Source: an uncultured Chloroflexia bacterium (lineage in GTDB: Bacteria; Chloroflexota; Anaerolineae; Anaerolineales; UBA4823). Taken from it: a stretch of DNA of 64,000 nt. The DNA is taken from NCBI GenBank assembly GCA_963774935.1, contig CAVZGO010000002.1, positions 215,236-279,235 on the forward strand. Reading direction: 5' to 3'. The translations under genes and the position numbers were made by a program. This document shows, piece by piece, positions 39,650 to 51,420 of this stretch (position 1 is the stretch's first letter; each line of letters opens with the position of its first letter). The notes under the pieces were generated by a model, which saw only the letters and a program-made list of their open reading frames with translations, did no database searches and was not told where the DNA came from.

Positions 39650-41983
39650 GAACCCAGCTCCCTCAATACCACCATCACCGTGATGTCATCGTACTGGGCG
39701 GCATCGCCAGAGAAAGCGCGCACCTGGGAAAGCAAGGCATCCAGCGCGTCCTGGGCTGAGGGCTTATCCAGTTTTCCCGCAGTTTCGAGTAAGCGCCAAT
39801 CACCAAAGAACATGTGCTCAGGACTTTGCGCATCCACCAACCCGTCCGTATAAAAAAGCAGCATCTGACCTGGCTCGACCTGCACACTCACCTGCTGCCA
39901 GACTCCATCGGGCATCACGCCCAGCGCGGGTCCGGTTGGTCTCAGCATGTGTGCTTTGTCTTTACCACCCAATTGGAACAGATATGGTGGGTGATGACCA
40001 GCATTGGCATAAGTAAAACAACCGTTCCCTGGATCAAGAACTCCATATACCAAGGTAACAAAGTGCCCGGTATCAGAGTCTGCAAGCATCCGAGCATTGG
40101 CAGCCAGAAGCACTTTACCGGGTTCGTCGGGGTAATCTGCAGCAAAAGTGCGCAGCAACGTGCGGCTTAACGCCATGTACAGTGCTGCTCCCATTCCCTT
40201 ATCGGCTACATCTGCAATGACCAGCCCTATCTTACCATCGGGATGAGCGATGTAATCATAAAAGTCTCCGGCTGTCTCGCGCGCCGGGCGCCAGGCGCAG
40301 GCAAACTGCCACCCATGCGCCTGAGGTGGAGAATCAGGCAATAAGCTAGCTTGCAGCCTGCCGGCAAGGATCAGCTCCTGCCGGCGCATCGAAACAGCGT
40401 TCAACGCTCTGGCTGCCTGGCGTAAGAAGCCGTTTAGCTTCAGGTCTCGCTCGCGCTGCGCTAGGAAACTGCTGGATGACCTGCTCTCTACCACGGTGAC
40501 TACTCCAATGGGTGTCTGTCCGGGGACCAGCAGCGGGAAAGCCTGGTGGAGTTGACCATCACGATCCTGACTGCGCAGGATGCTAGACTGGCGAAACGCA
40601 CGCGCTTCTAAGCGGTCCGCATTTATGGATATCTCCGAGTCAGTCCACTCGCCCTGATTAGAACCTGCGCCCCACTGGCGCAGCAGATGCAGGCGGTTTT
40701 CCATTGGTTGGACATACCAGACATACGCCTCATGCACACCAAACACCGCTGCCAGGCCGCGGGCCAGGAAGTGTGCCGCCTGGCGTAGGTCCTGTGCCGC
40801 ATAGATTGAGTTAATTACCGCTGGCATCAGCTCCGAGCTGGACTGTACCTCGCCTTGATGGACGGCAATTTCCATCTGGTCCAACGCCAGCTCCCACAAG
40901 CCGGTCATCGCCAGGACATGTCCGACGCGTCCAGGTAAGAAGTAACGTCTGAGGAACTGGCGGTAAATATCGTTCTGCAATCGATAAGCGTCACCACCCA
41001 CCATTTCGACCACTCCGGTCAGGAAAAGAGGGTCTAAATCTGGCGAGAGAGGCAAAGGCAGCACCGAACGGGGCACGCTTTCTTCTTCCAGGAGCAACAG
41101 GATACAGCGCAGCAAATCTGGCTCTTCCTCGATCAGCCGCACTGCCTCTAACAACGGCGCGTAATGGTAAACCTCTTGACGAAGGAAGTGATTGGTGATC
41201 TGCGTCACATTGGCTGAAGTCAGACGCCGGGATGGCATACCTTGCACACGGTCCACCCCGCGCTGGCACAGCTCACGGATCAGGTAGGGGTCACCAGAGC
41301 TGGCCTGGAGCAAGCGCTGTGCAGCTTTTAATGTACAGGACACGCCATGGTCTTGAAAATAACCACAGATCAGGTCCTGGCTGTCTAGCAGTGTCAGGTC
41401 AGGAATGAATACACGCCTCGCAATCCCGCGGAAGGGCGATGATTCCCCAACAGTAAGTGTTGCCAGGCTGAGCGCCCCTGAAACCACCACGATCACACGC
41501 TGCTCCTGGGTCTGCTGATCCATGTATGCGGCGCGGCAGAGAGGTCAATAACGCCTGGATCAAATCAGTAGGCAGTGTCTCCAGATGCTCGATGATCACT
41601 ACCAGATCCTCGCCAAGTGCCATGACGCAGTCCGAAAGAAAGGCGCGAAATGCAGCACTGCTGGCTACTTCTTCATCCAGTACAGGAGCCCGGTCGGGAA
41701 ACTTGCCGGCGAAGCGCTGGTTGGTGAGCTGGATGATCTCAGCAAAGAAGCCCTGGATATTGGATGAGCGCATGTCCATCAGGTCGATGTAGATGCACGG
41801 CCAGCCATAATACTCATCTAATACTTGTACGACGTAATGAAGAAGCTCTGTCTTTCCGCACAGGCGCGGACCAAGGACCGCGCAATAAACCCCGTCTTGC
41901 ACGCTTTGGACAATTTGTTCGACTTCAGCATGATGGTATTTAAGCGTTTCCAGCGACGAGGCAGGTAACTCCTCCCAGTTCAT
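39646..41983 (-). CDS. STAND-like AAA domain + GAF-like + SpoIIE/PP2C phosphatase; +1 frameshift near 41535
   Basis: GPRLCGKT Walker A; GDFYD, IADVADKG, NAGH, YTDGL and DDIT PP2C motifs; two overlapping ORFs. Confidence 0.8.
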
Positions 41984-43485
41984 ATCCCTTCCTCGAGCGC
42001 TTTCCGAAACAGATAATCCAGATCGTACGTTTGTTGCAGGACCTTGGTGAAAACCGGAGAAGCGAAGAAGTAATCGCGGCCCTTTCGATGAATGATCCCT
42101 GCTAAAGTGAGCACATTACAAGCTTCGTCCAGGTCATACTGCAGCAACGTTACTCCCATTTTGTGCAATGCTTCGTCGATCGCCTCAAGGCTGAATCCAC
42201 GCGTAGCAAATAGAGGGTTGGTTTTTAGCAATGCGTAGATCAGCGCTTTCTCACGGTTTTCGGTATTTTGCATAAAAGAAGTCAGCAGGTGACTGCGGAA
42301 ACCCTCATCCGCATAGACGTCCAAGAGATTATCCGGGCCGAGCTCCCGCAGACCGGTAAAATCTAGCTGCCGCAGCAGGATCATACAGTAATATTGGATC
42401 AGGTTCGGCTGCCCAGCCGTCTCCTCGTAGATTCGGTGCACAACCTCTTCTTTATTGCGGATGCGCACACGCAAATTCTCCATCGGTAAGCCGATGAGCT
42501 CGTGAGCCTGCTTTTGAGAGAATTCGCTCAGGCGTATTTCCTGCCCAAAATTATAAAACGGCGAATCTAGAAGGTACTGCTCTTTCATTGCCTCGCGAAA
42601 GCCTGCCATGATGTACTGGCAGGCGCCTTTGTTGGCAGAAGCGCGCAGCATACGAAACAGTTCCCAGTCGCCACGCTGCATGATCACCAGGTTATCGACT
42701 TCGTCCAGTAAGAATATGATCTTGCTTTTTAGCATGCGCGACATGCGCTCGAGAAAATCGGGGAAGAAGAAGATATATTTCTGAAGATGGATACGCGGCA
42801 GCTCACGGGGATTGAGCTTGCGCACCACCTCGCGGATATAGTCATCGGTGGAAAGCAAGTCGCTGCACTCCAGGTAGACGACGTGCGCAGGATCTTCACT
42901 CTCTTTCAAGATGCGCTCGGTCTCGCGCAGCAAGGAAGTCTTGCCGATACGGCGGATGCCCAGGATGGTGTGGTTGGTATCGGGATTTGAGATGATGCGC
43001 GAGACTTCCGACTTACGCCCGAAGAAACGGCTGCCTGTCACCGGGGCACGCGTCTCATAAGGCGACAGGTTGGAGATCGATACCTGAGCGGAGATTAAAT
43101 CCAGCAGCTCACCACTCGGTCGCCGAGAATAGATCAGCTTCTTTTGATCGTCGCCACTGATCAGAACCAGGTTGATGACCGGGCTGGTTTTATGGCGAAA
43201 GAGCGGCAGAGTGCTGCCATCCACCAATACCAGGACAATCTGGCGTCCCAGGTTGCGCTCACGCACGACATCTGCCAGGCTTTGCATCAGATGCTGTGGG
43301 GTGCAGTCTTCCAGATCGGATTGCTGCACCCAAACTACAGGAGTGCGATTAGATAAGCGCAGCTTCCAGGATGAAAGGTCGATGGTAAACAGCTCATAAC
43401 CCAACACTGCCCTGGTCGAAGTCACGCGGTATCCCAGGTCGTCGTTAAGCTGGCGAAGCAGGCGCGGCCAATCTTTTTCAAGCAT
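41980..43485 (-). CDS. STAND-class AAA ATPase with uncharacterised N-terminal domain
   Basis: SPY...FFGR, GIRRIGKTSLL Walker A, FLLDEVD Walker B, TAGQPNLIQ GxP motif. Confidence 0.85.
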   Translation of the reverse strand: MLEKDWPRLLRQLNDDLGYRVTSTRAVLGYELFTIDLSSWKLRLSNRTPVVWVQQSDLEDCTPQHLMQSLADVVRERNLGRQIVLVLVDGSTLPLFRHKTSPVINLVLISGDDQKKLIYSRRPSGELLDLISAQVSISNLSPYETRAPVTGSRFFGRKSEVSRIISNPDTNHTILGIRRIGKTSLLRETERILKESEDPAHVVYLECSDLLSTDDYIREVVRKLNPRELPRIHLQKYIFFFPDFLERMSRMLKSKIIFLLDEVDNLVIMQRGDWELFRMLRASANKGACQYIMAGFREAMKEQYLLDSPFYNFGQEIRLSEFSQKQAHELIGLPMENLRVRIRNKEEVVHRIYEETAGQPNLIQYYCMILLRQLDFTGLRELGPDNLLDVYADEGFRSHLLTSFMQNTENREKALIYALLKTNPLFATRGFSLEAIDEALHKMGVTLLQYDLDEACNVLTLAGIIHRKGRDYFFASPVFTKVLQQTYDLDYLFRKALEEGI

Positions 43486-43580
43486 AAATTAATTGTACAC
43501 GAATCATCAATTGATCGGTTGAATTAAATAAATAAAGCATCGCACAAGTGTGCTGACGCAGCAGTTTAGAGCAGCGGAAA

Positions 43581-44054
43581 CTACAATTGCTCAGTCAGGT
43601 AATTTTCCAAGCCCATTTGCTGGATCTGATCGAGCTGGGCTTCCAACCAGTCGATGTGTTCTTCTTCATCACCCAGGATCGATTCCAGCAAGGCGCGCGT
43701 GCCATTGTCGCTCAGGTCGACGCACAGTTTCACTCCCTGGTTGTATGCCTGGATGGCCGTACTTTCGGCAATCTTGTCGTTGTTTAATTGTGCAGTTACA
43801 TCCGCCCCGATATGCATCGGATTCAAGACGCTGACAACCGGCAGCCCCTCAAGGAAGAGCAGTCGCTCGATCAGCTTCTCTGCATGACCCATCTCCTGGA
43901 TGGCACGCTTCTCTACCATGTCGTGCAGCTTTGAATACCCCCAGTTCGCGCACATCTCTGAGTGCAAAATGTACTGGTTGATTGCGGTCAGTTCATCTGC
44001 GAGCAAGGCATTCAAGAGATCAATGACTTTTTGGTTGCCTTTCATTGTGTTCAC
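43581..44054 (-). CDS. bfr: Bacterioferritin
   Basis: MKGNQKVI..LN..LADELTAINQY, EMGHAEKLIERLLFLEG, EEEHIDWLE. Confidence 0.95.
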   Translation of the reverse strand: MNTMKGNQKVIDLLNALLADELTAINQYILHSEMCANWGYSKLHDMVEKRAIQEMGHAEKLIERLLFLEGLPVVSVLNPMHIGADVTAQLNNDKIAESTAIQAYNQGVKLCVDLSDNGTRALLESILGDEEEHIDWLEAQLDQIQQMGLENYLTEQL

Positions 44055-44137
44055 TCCTTGTTAGGTACCAGAATGGATTTTAAGGGATGCGATTTTCTTA
44101 TCTTTTTAAGTATTGAATAGCTTGAAGGAAGTGTACC

Positions 44138-44950
44138 TTACCCCAGAGCTACGTCCAGCGTCATCATCACGGCAAATCCCAATAGCGTTGCAATCGTGGC
44201 GATATCTGAGTGCTTTTCAAGCTGAGACTCAGGGATTAATTCTTCTACAACCACAAAAATCATCGCTCCAGCCGCAAATGCCAGCGCATACGGTAAGATT
44301 GGGCGTATATAATAGACCGCTGCTGCTCCTATTACCCCAGCGATGGGTTCTACCAACCCCGATGCCTGCCCGTAAAAGAAACTACGGAAACGGCCTAATC
44401 CTTCCCGGTAAAGGGGAATCGAAACAGCCGCGCCTTCGGGAAAGTTCTGGATGCCAATTCCCAGTGCCAGGGCAACTGCACCCGCCATTGAGGCGGAAGA
44501 GATGCCAGCCCCGACGGCACCAAATGCGACCCCCACTGCCAGGCCTTCAGGAATATTATGCAGGGTGATTGCCATAACTAACAGAATACTGCGCTGCCAG
44601 CCGGTTTTTACACCTTCCGCATCTTCGGTGGGCAGGCCAAAGTGCAGGTGCGGCAGAACGCGATCAACTAACCAAATAAATAACCCGCCAGCTAGAAAAC
44701 CGATCACGGCTGGCAGATAACCTGGCACACCCATATCCGAAGACATTTCTATTGCAGGCGCCAGCAAAGACCAGAAACTGGCTGCGATCATCACCCCTGC
44801 AGCAAATCCCAGCATCCCGTCCAGGATACGCCGGTCAACATTCGTAAAGAAGAAAACCAGACCCGCACCCAGTGCAGTGAGGAACCAGGTGAAAAGTGTT
44901 GCCATTAAGGCTTGAGTGATCGGGCTGCTTTGAAGGAACCATTCAACCAT
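44138..44950 (-). CDS. ZIP family metal transporter (ZupT/GufA)
   Basis: [38 protein letters not shown]. Confidence 0.92.
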   Translation of the reverse strand: MVEWFLQSSPITQALMATLFTWFLTALGAGLVFFFTNVDRRILDGMLGFAAGVMIAASFWSLLAPAIEMSSDMGVPGYLPAVIGFLAGGLFIWLVDRVLPHLHFGLPTEDAEGVKTGWQRSILLVMAITLHNIPEGLAVGVAFGAVGAGISSASMAGAVALALGIGIQNFPEGAAVSIPLYREGLGRFRSFFYGQASGLVEPIAGVIGAAAVYYIRPILPYALAFAAGAMIFVVVEELIPESQLEKHSDIATIATLLGFAVMMTLDVALG

Positions 44951-44988
44951 CGAATCTGACCCTCCTGGGAAGTTTTTAATGCATTAAT

Positions 44989-45003
44989 AGACAATTATTG
45001 TCT
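44989..45003. promoter_or_regulatory. Palindromic candidate operator upstream of ZIP transporter
   Basis: AGACAAT-T-ATTGTCT, adjacent to TTAATGCATTAA. Confidence 0.35.
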
Positions 45004-45143
45004 TATATGTGGTATAAATTAGACAATCAGGGAACCACATCCAGGAATTGAGCGTCCTTGATAGGATTATCTTACCACAATCAATACAAACGTAAACGGA
45101 TTTTCAATTTATTGAAACCAGGCACACACACCAGGAGAAACGA

Positions 45144-46785
45144 ATGAAGAGATTCAAGCTGTTTGAAATATTAGCCAGTATTGTAACTCTCTCGCTGTTT
45201 ATGGCTGCCTGCGGTATAACCATCAATCCTCAGGCATCGCCGAACCCATCCGTTGACACATCTAATCCAACCCAGGCAGAGGTAGCCACGAGCACTGCCG
45301 AACCAGTCCTGCCCACTGCTACCGTAGATATGCAGGCTGCTCCTACGTTTACACCCGCTACGATCCCCCTCTCTTATCTTGTCTGTCCACCGGCAAACTG
45401 CAGCATCGCGCGCGCATGGCAGGTGGGCGGAGAGCAGCCGCTGGAGCTTAAAATCCCCGAATTTGGGTTTTCCCACTACGATGCAAGCCAGGTTACTATG
45501 AAAGTGCTGCACGCCAGCCAGTTCCCTGACCACGGTGCTGGACCAGCTAATCTCTCTGTTGGCGATCTTTTGGTTTACGATATTATCGCCCAGGAAGACA
45601 AGGTGATTTTTCCCGAGCAGAACATCGTGGAGGCACTCTGGGCACCCAACGGCCAGGATTTTGCTTACCTGAAAGCCACCGAGAGCACCTATGAGCTACG
45701 CTGGCGCACCGCTGCTGGCGAAGACCGCCTGCTTGCAGTGGACGTATCGCCGACATTCAGCATCTCCCCCGATGGGCAGCAAGTGGTCTTTACACGTGAA
45801 ACAGGTTACAAAGTTGGTCAACCTGGAGTTCTACATCGTTTCTGCGGATGGCAGTGGAGAACGCCAGATCGGTTATTCCGATCGCCAGGGATCAGGCGGG
45901 ATCAGCGACCAGCCGTTATGGTCGCCGGACGGAAAATATGTCATCCTTCCTGTATCTTACATCACTGCGCCACTGCGCTCGGTGCTGCTGGCAACAGATG
46001 GCAGTATAGAGCAGCCGCTTGCTTATGGCGAAGGCGTTCCTGCACATTTCACTGAGCAGGAGTTCGTCCCCAACCTATGGCTGCCAGATGGTGAGCATGT
46101 GCTCGGTGTGCAGTTTGCTGGCATGATAAGTCCACCCTATGCTCAAGATGTCGCGATTGGAAGCCTTGATCGCACGAGCGGAAAAATCACCAATGTAATT
46201 CCGGTATCATGGGGAGCACTATCTGCCTTTGCATGGGAAACTCCTGGACAACGCGCCTGGCTTGTTGGCGATGATGGCTCGCTAAAATTCCTTGATCTCA
46301 ACGCACCAAACCCGCTACCTGCTTCATGCAAAGTGGCTGGGGAACTGCTCTTCGTCAATCCACCAAAGGGTTACTGCTTATCGCACCCGAAGGATGTCAA
46401 TATCCAGGCATACGAATATGAGCGCCCACTATTCGTGGGACCGGCATTGGATGACAGCATCGAGCCGCTTCAATCACGGTTGTGGATCGAAACAGAGGAT
46501 GTGCCACAGGACAGCCGGCTCGCAGACCTGGTTGATGGATTCATAGCTAACCAACCGCAAGGAGACCCGGCGATTACACGCCAGCCATTCACCCTGGGCG
46601 GCGAGCCTGCTGAGCTGCTGGATAACGTACCCGGGCAGTTGTTCTCAAGAGTGCTACTGAGCTATCACAATGGCAGGCTGTACAAGCTGTGGTTCAACCC
46701 GGTGGACTTGTCAGTACCGGATGTGCTTCCAGAAGTCGAACGGTTATTCAGCGCGGTGACGAGCTCATTCGCATTCCTACCATAA
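45144..46785 (+). CDS. TolB/PD40-repeat lipoprotein; +1 frameshift near 45828
   Basis: Lipobox MAAC, Thr/Pro linker, WAPNG / ISPDG / WSPDG / WLPDG repeats across two overlapping ORFs. Confidence 0.75.
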
Positions 46786-47011
46786 CCCCAAGAAACCGGG
46801 TTGACAGCATCCTACCGGAAAATTCTCTGATCGCATTTTACATCCGTAGTTTCAACAGCTGGATCAACATGATCCAGCTGTTGTGTTATGTCCAATGTCT
46901 AGGTTAAGATTAATTCGATTGACGAACGGATGAATCTGTCACCCCAAAAGGATGAAAACCAAACACATGAATTCATACTGTCAATCCATGAATCTGATTT
47001 AAAATAGCTGT

Positions 47012-47296
47012 ATGCATCGGCATACACAAAACGACCAAATACTTATCTACAACATGGCTGACCAGCTTGAGCTGGCTGCTGCGCTGGTCAGCCGGCTGGA
47101 ACGCCTTTCAGCCGATTCGATCTGGGCGCACCGTGCCAGCGGGGTGCGTGGCGCACTGCTTAAATCGATCGACAACCTTCAGACTTCGCAGCCAGAAGAT
47201 AGCGATGAATTAAGGACTGAAATCCAGCGCCTGGCACAGTCAACGACATATGGATATTGGGTTTTAGAAAAAGCGGCTCGCGAGCTGATTGAGTAA
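47012..47296 (+). CDS. Hypothetical protein
   Basis: ORF with RLERLSADSIWAHRASG motif, directly upstream of the PCuAC gene. Confidence 0.6.
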   Translation: MHRHTQNDQILIYNMADQLELAAALVSRLERLSADSIWAHRASGVRGALLKSIDNLQTSQPEDSDELRTEIQRLAQSTTYGYWVLEKAARELIE

Positions 47297-47310
47297 AAAC
47301 TGGAGACCAA

Positions 47311-47748
47311 ATGAAAAGATGGATTGTTTTTATATTGCCGATTATCCTATTGCTTGCCGTTGCTGCCTGCAGCAGTGCTCCAGACGAACCCATCGTAGTT
47401 ACCGATGCATGGGTCCGCTCAGCCCCAGCCGGGCAAAACAGTGCCATCTATTTTCAGATCGACAATCCTGATTCCACTCCAGACAGCCTGTTGAGTGCAT
47501 CCACCAGCGTCGCCCAGGCAACTGAGCTTCACATGAGCCAGATGGATTCCAGCGGGGTGATGTCGATGCAACCACAACAATCCGTAGAAATACCAGCCAG
47601 CGATACGGTGGAATTCAAACCCGGCGGGCTGCACGTGATGCTGATAAACCTGAACCAGGACCTGGCACTGGGAAACACGATCTTGCTGACATTGAAATTT
47701 GAAAAAGCCGGAGAAATCACCCTGGAAGTGCCGGTCGAAGAAAGATAA
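47311..47748 (+). CDS. Copper chaperone PCu(A)C lipoprotein
   Basis: Lipobox VAAC; DAWVR, ELH...M.M, PGGLHVML. Confidence 0.9.
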   Translation: MKRWIVFILPIILLLAVAACSSAPDEPIVVTDAWVRSAPAGQNSAIYFQIDNPDSTPDSLLSASTSVAQATELHMSQMDSSGVMSMQPQQSVEIPASDTVEFKPGGLHVMLINLNQDLALGNTILLTLKFEKAGEITLEVPVEER

Positions 47749-47758
47749 AGTATTCTCG

Positions 47759-48565
47759 TTGAACATCAAGCGCGTTTTATACATCTGGTTAGTGCTGGTT
47801 TTTGCCATCACAGCCTGCAATCCAGATACAGGTCCCACCCCAGTTAGCCAGCCGGTGATTTCAGCGACAGCTCCTGCTGGATCACCCACTGTCGTCCGAC
47901 CGGTAAATACAAGCACTGCAACAGTTATTGTAACTGAACGACCGCTTCCGACACAAACACCAGCTCCGTCTGCAACACCGACTTTTACTCCGATTCCAAC
48001 CTACATCAATTTACGCGGCCAGGTGCTTGTTCGATCGAACTGCCGCTATGGTCCCGGGGCGCCATATCTTTACAAGTATGGGCTCGTGCCGGGCAGCAAC
48101 TTGGAAATTATCGGTCGCAACGATCTTGGAACCTGGATATTGATCCGTGCGATTGGTGGAACAAATCCATGCTGGGTGAAGGCATCACTGATGGATATCA
48201 AGGGCGACGTGATGGCTGTCGCCCCGACGTATATTGCTCTGCCGCAAAGCCCTTATTACGAGCCGCCGCGCTGGGTGCAGGCAACCCGTGATGGCGATAA
48301 AGTCACCGTGTATTGGAAACCGGTCTATTATCGCCCTGGAGATGAAACCGCTGAAGCGCCTTACCTGATCGAAGCCTGGGTGTGCCGGGATGGCAAATTG
48401 ATTTTTACTCCGATCGGTGTTTACGAAACCCAAACCATCATAATCGATGAACCGGGCTGCTCAGAACCGTCCCACGGGCGCCTTTATTTTGTCGAAAAAC
48501 ACGGGTATTCGCTGTGGAGAAAGATCCCCTGGCCGCCTCCCGAGGTTGAGCCAACCTCGAAATGA
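47759..48565 (+). CDS. Lipoprotein with Thr/Pro linker and SH3-like domain
   Basis: TTG start; lipobox ITAC; NCRYGPG...IIGRN...CWV. Confidence 0.7.
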   Translation: MNIKRVLYIWLVLVFAITACNPDTGPTPVSQPVISATAPAGSPTVVRPVNTSTATVIVTERPLPTQTPAPSATPTFTPIPTYINLRGQVLVRSNCRYGPGAPYLYKYGLVPGSNLEIIGRNDLGTWILIRAIGGTNPCWVKASLMDIKGDVMAVAPTYIALPQSPYYEPPRWVQATRDGDKVTVYWKPVYYRPGDETAEAPYLIEAWVCRDGKLIFTPIGVYETQTIIIDEPGCSEPSHGRLYFVEKHGYSLWRKIPWPPPEVEPTSK

Positions 48566-48676
48566 CATTTGTCTACAAAATGGGTGATGTTCATATATTG
48601 CTACCATCGCCCGTTTCTGATATCTTAAGGATAACCATAACATTTTTGTGTTTAATCCTTAGAATTACCTTATCAT

Positions 48677-49363
48677 ATGCCAGAAATCCAATTAAGCGAA
48701 CGCGAGGAAATGTACCTGGTGACCATCGCCAGGATCCAAGAGGCTGGGGATGCTGGACCGGTTCCTTTAAAAACACTGGCACGTGAGCTCGGCATTGGAT
48801 CGATATCCACCAACCAGATGGTGCGCACACTGGAAGAAGCCGGCTGGTTGATTTATACCCCTTACAAAGGAGTTGAGTTTACCCCGCCAGGCAGGCAGCG
48901 CGCCTTGCGAATTTTACGCCACCGCCGTTTGTGGCAGGTTTTCCTGGTTGAGCGGATCGGCTACTCATCGGATGAGGCATCTGAATTAGCCTGCCGGCTC
49001 GAGCACACGCTGCCTCCTGAAGCCGCAGAGCGGCTGGCTTCCTGGTTGGGACAACCAGAGGTCGCTCCTGATGGACACCCGATCCCAATGCAGGGTGCAG
49101 ATAGTTTAACCGCTCATATCTCTCCGTTAGGCGAAATGAAACCCAACCAGACTGCCAGCATCATTGAGCTGCCCCAGGATGCTGCTGCACGAAGCTTTCT
49201 GGAAGCACAAGGACTACGACCCAACGAATCCATCACCGTGCTAGGAATTAATTCTCAAGGCGACCTCCTGCTGCGTGATTGCCACAATAAACTGCTCCAC
49301 CTCAACCACGAAATCGCTGGCTCTATCTTGGTCAGCCATGAGCTATGTGAACCAGAAACATGA
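48677..49363 (+). CDS. DtxR/MntR-family metal-dependent regulator with FeoA domain
   Basis: EEMYL, HTH, YKGVEFT, RHRRLWQVFL, ACRLEH, PDGHPIP. Confidence 0.9.
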   Translation: MPEIQLSEREEMYLVTIARIQEAGDAGPVPLKTLARELGIGSISTNQMVRTLEEAGWLIYTPYKGVEFTPPGRQRALRILRHRRLWQVFLVERIGYSSDEASELACRLEHTLPPEAAERLASWLGQPEVAPDGHPIPMQGADSLTAHISPLGEMKPNQTASIIELPQDAAARSFLEAQGLRPNESITVLGINSQGDLLLRDCHNKLLHLNHEIAGSILVSHELCEPET

Positions 49364-51420
49364 TCAACCCTTCTCTCACCCAACCCAGGACCACACCTCA
49401 AGTTGAGACAGTCGCCACTGCTCAGGCAGCAAGCTGCCATTCTGCACCTCAGCTGGATACTGGCGGTTTGCCACTGGTCGCAATCGTTGGCTCACCAAAC
49501 GTGGGTAAATCTGTGCTGTTTCACAAGCTCACCGGCATTTACGCGGCAGTATCAAATTATCCCGGCACCACCGTGGAAGTTACGCGCGGTAAAGCGCGTT
49601 TGGGAGACGCTGAAGCAGGCATCTGGGATACCCCCGGGATGTATAACCTGCTGCCGATCACCGAGGAAGAACGGGTAGCGAGGCAAATCTTACTGAGTGA
49701 GACCCCTGCCGTTGTGGTTCATGTCGTGGATGCCAAGAATCTGGAGCGCATGCTGCCCATGACCCTGCAGCTACTGGAAGCCGGCTTACCGGTGGTGCTT
49801 GCGGCTAACTTGATGGACGAAGCGGACCAGCTTGGAATTCATATTGACCTGGCAGAGCTGGGCAGCAGGCTGGGCATCCCCGTCGTTGGAACCGCGCTGG
49901 CATTAGGCAAAGGAGCTCGCGAAATAAAGGATGCCCTATCAGCGCAGCTTTCACAACAAAGAGATCCAGGGGCGCCAATCGTGCCCACCGTCCTTATAAA
50001 GTATCCGCATCACATCGAGCAAGCCCTTGCTCAGCTGGTAGAACACTTGCAATTGTCTTACAGCATCTCCAAACGCTCGGTGGCAATGCTGCTGCTGGAA
50101 GGTGACCTGGAAATGCTGCAGACCGTGCAGCGTCTGGAAGGAGAACGCTATCCTGAGATTGTGGGACACCTGCACCTGGCAAAGGAAGCTGCCAACCAGC
50201 CAATGACGTATCTGATCAGCCAGGCACAGCGCCGAATGGCTCAGACCACACTGGATGGCGTATTCCAGCCTGCAACTACCCGGCCGACCAGTCTGGCAAG
50301 CCGCGTAAGCAACTGGATGATCCATCCGCTCACCGGGTTACCGATTCTATTTCTCGTTTTGTTCATACTGTATGAGTTTGTCGGCGTGTTAGGCGCCCAA
50401 ACACTGGTGGGCTGGCTGGAAGAACACATATTTGCCAGTGGGCTCAATCCCTGGATAGACGGCGTACTGCAGACCTGGATCCCCATCCCGGCGATCCAGT
50501 CCCTACTGGGCGGTGAATATGGATTGATTACCCTGGGCTTGCGCTATACCTTTGCTATCATCCTGCCCATCGTAGGTACATTTTTCCTGGCTTTCTCAGT
50601 GATTGAGGACAGCGGCTACCTGCCACGCCTTGCGATGCTGATCGACCGGACATTCAAGAAAATTGGTCTGAGCGGGCGGGCAGTCATCCCGATGGTGTTG
50701 GGCTTTGGCTGCGACACCATGGCGACGATTACCACCCGCACATTGGAGACCAAACGGGAGCGCGTTATTGCCACCTTGCTGCTCTCCCTGGCGATCCCCT
50801 GCTCAGCACAGCTAGGCGTGATGCTGGCGATGTTCGCCGGACAGCCCAGGCTTCTGCTTGCCTGGGTTGGGATCATTGCCGGTATATTTCTGCTGGTGGG
50901 CTACCTGAGCGCACAGCTCACACCGGGAGAGCGGCCATCCTTTTACATCGAGCTGCCGCCGCTGCGCCTGCCGCGTTTTCGCAACGTGCTGGTGAAGACT
51001 TACACGCGCATGGAGTGGTATCTCCGTGAGGTTTTCCCGTTGTTTATGTTCGCCAGTGTGGTCATCTGGATCGGCACGCTGACCGGCTTGTTCGACTGGG
51101 CTGTCGGCGTCCTGGTTCCGGTAGTGCGCTGGCTGGGGCTGCCAGATGAGGCTGCAGTAGCCTTTTTGTTCGGCTTCTTCCGCCGTGATTATGGCGCCGC
51201 CGGTTTGTATGACATGCGAAGCAGCCTGACCAGCGCTCAACTGTTAGTCGCTATAACCACCATGACGCTCTTCCTGCCTTGCCTGGCGCAGCTCGCGGTA
51301 ACGGTCAAAGAACACGGCTGGAAGACCGCCCTGGGCATGGCTGCTTTCATCTTTCCATTTGCTCTGCTGGTTGGCTGGGGGTTGAGCACCCTGCTTCGAT
51401 TGCTGGGAGTCGGGCAATGA
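49360..51420 (+). CDS. feoB: Ferrous iron transport protein B
   Basis: GSPNVGKS, NYPGTTV, DTPG, EDSGYLPR, LGFGC, IPCSAQ, ELPP. Confidence 0.95.
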   Translation: MINPSLTQPRTTPQVETVATAQAASCHSAPQLDTGGLPLVAIVGSPNVGKSVLFHKLTGIYAAVSNYPGTTVEVTRGKARLGDAEAGIWDTPGMYNLLPITEEERVARQILLSETPAVVVHVVDAKNLERMLPMTLQLLEAGLPVVLAANLMDEADQLGIHIDLAELGSRLGIPVVGTALALGKGAREIKDALSAQLSQQRDPGAPIVPTVLIKYPHHIEQALAQLVEHLQLSYSISKRSVAMLLLEGDLEMLQTVQRLEGERYPEIVGHLHLAKEAANQPMTYLISQAQRRMAQTTLDGVFQPATTRPTSLASRVSNWMIHPLTGLPILFLVLFILYEFVGVLGAQTLVGWLEEHIFASGLNPWIDGVLQTWIPIPAIQSLLGGEYGLITLGLRYTFAIILPIVGTFFLAFSVIEDSGYLPRLAMLIDRTFKKIGLSGRAVIPMVLGFGCDTMATITTRTLETKRERVIATLLLSLAIPCSAQLGVMLAMFAGQPRLLLAWVGIIAGIFLLVGYLSAQLTPGERPSFYIELPPLRLPRFRNVLVKTYTRMEWYLREVFPLFMFASVVIWIGTLTGLFDWAVGVLVPVVRWLGLPDEAAVAFLFGFFRRDYGAAGLYDMRSSLTSAQLLVAITTMTLFLPCLAQLAVTVKEHGWKTALGMAAFIFPFALLVGWGLSTLLRLLGVGQ

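Noticed and set aside
48620-48675. DtxR box upstream of the feo operon (TAAGGATAACCATAA / TTAGAATTACCTTA)
   Set aside because: Only a loose match to the TTAGGTTAGCCTAACCTAA consensus in AT-rich DNA; cannot be supported by eye.
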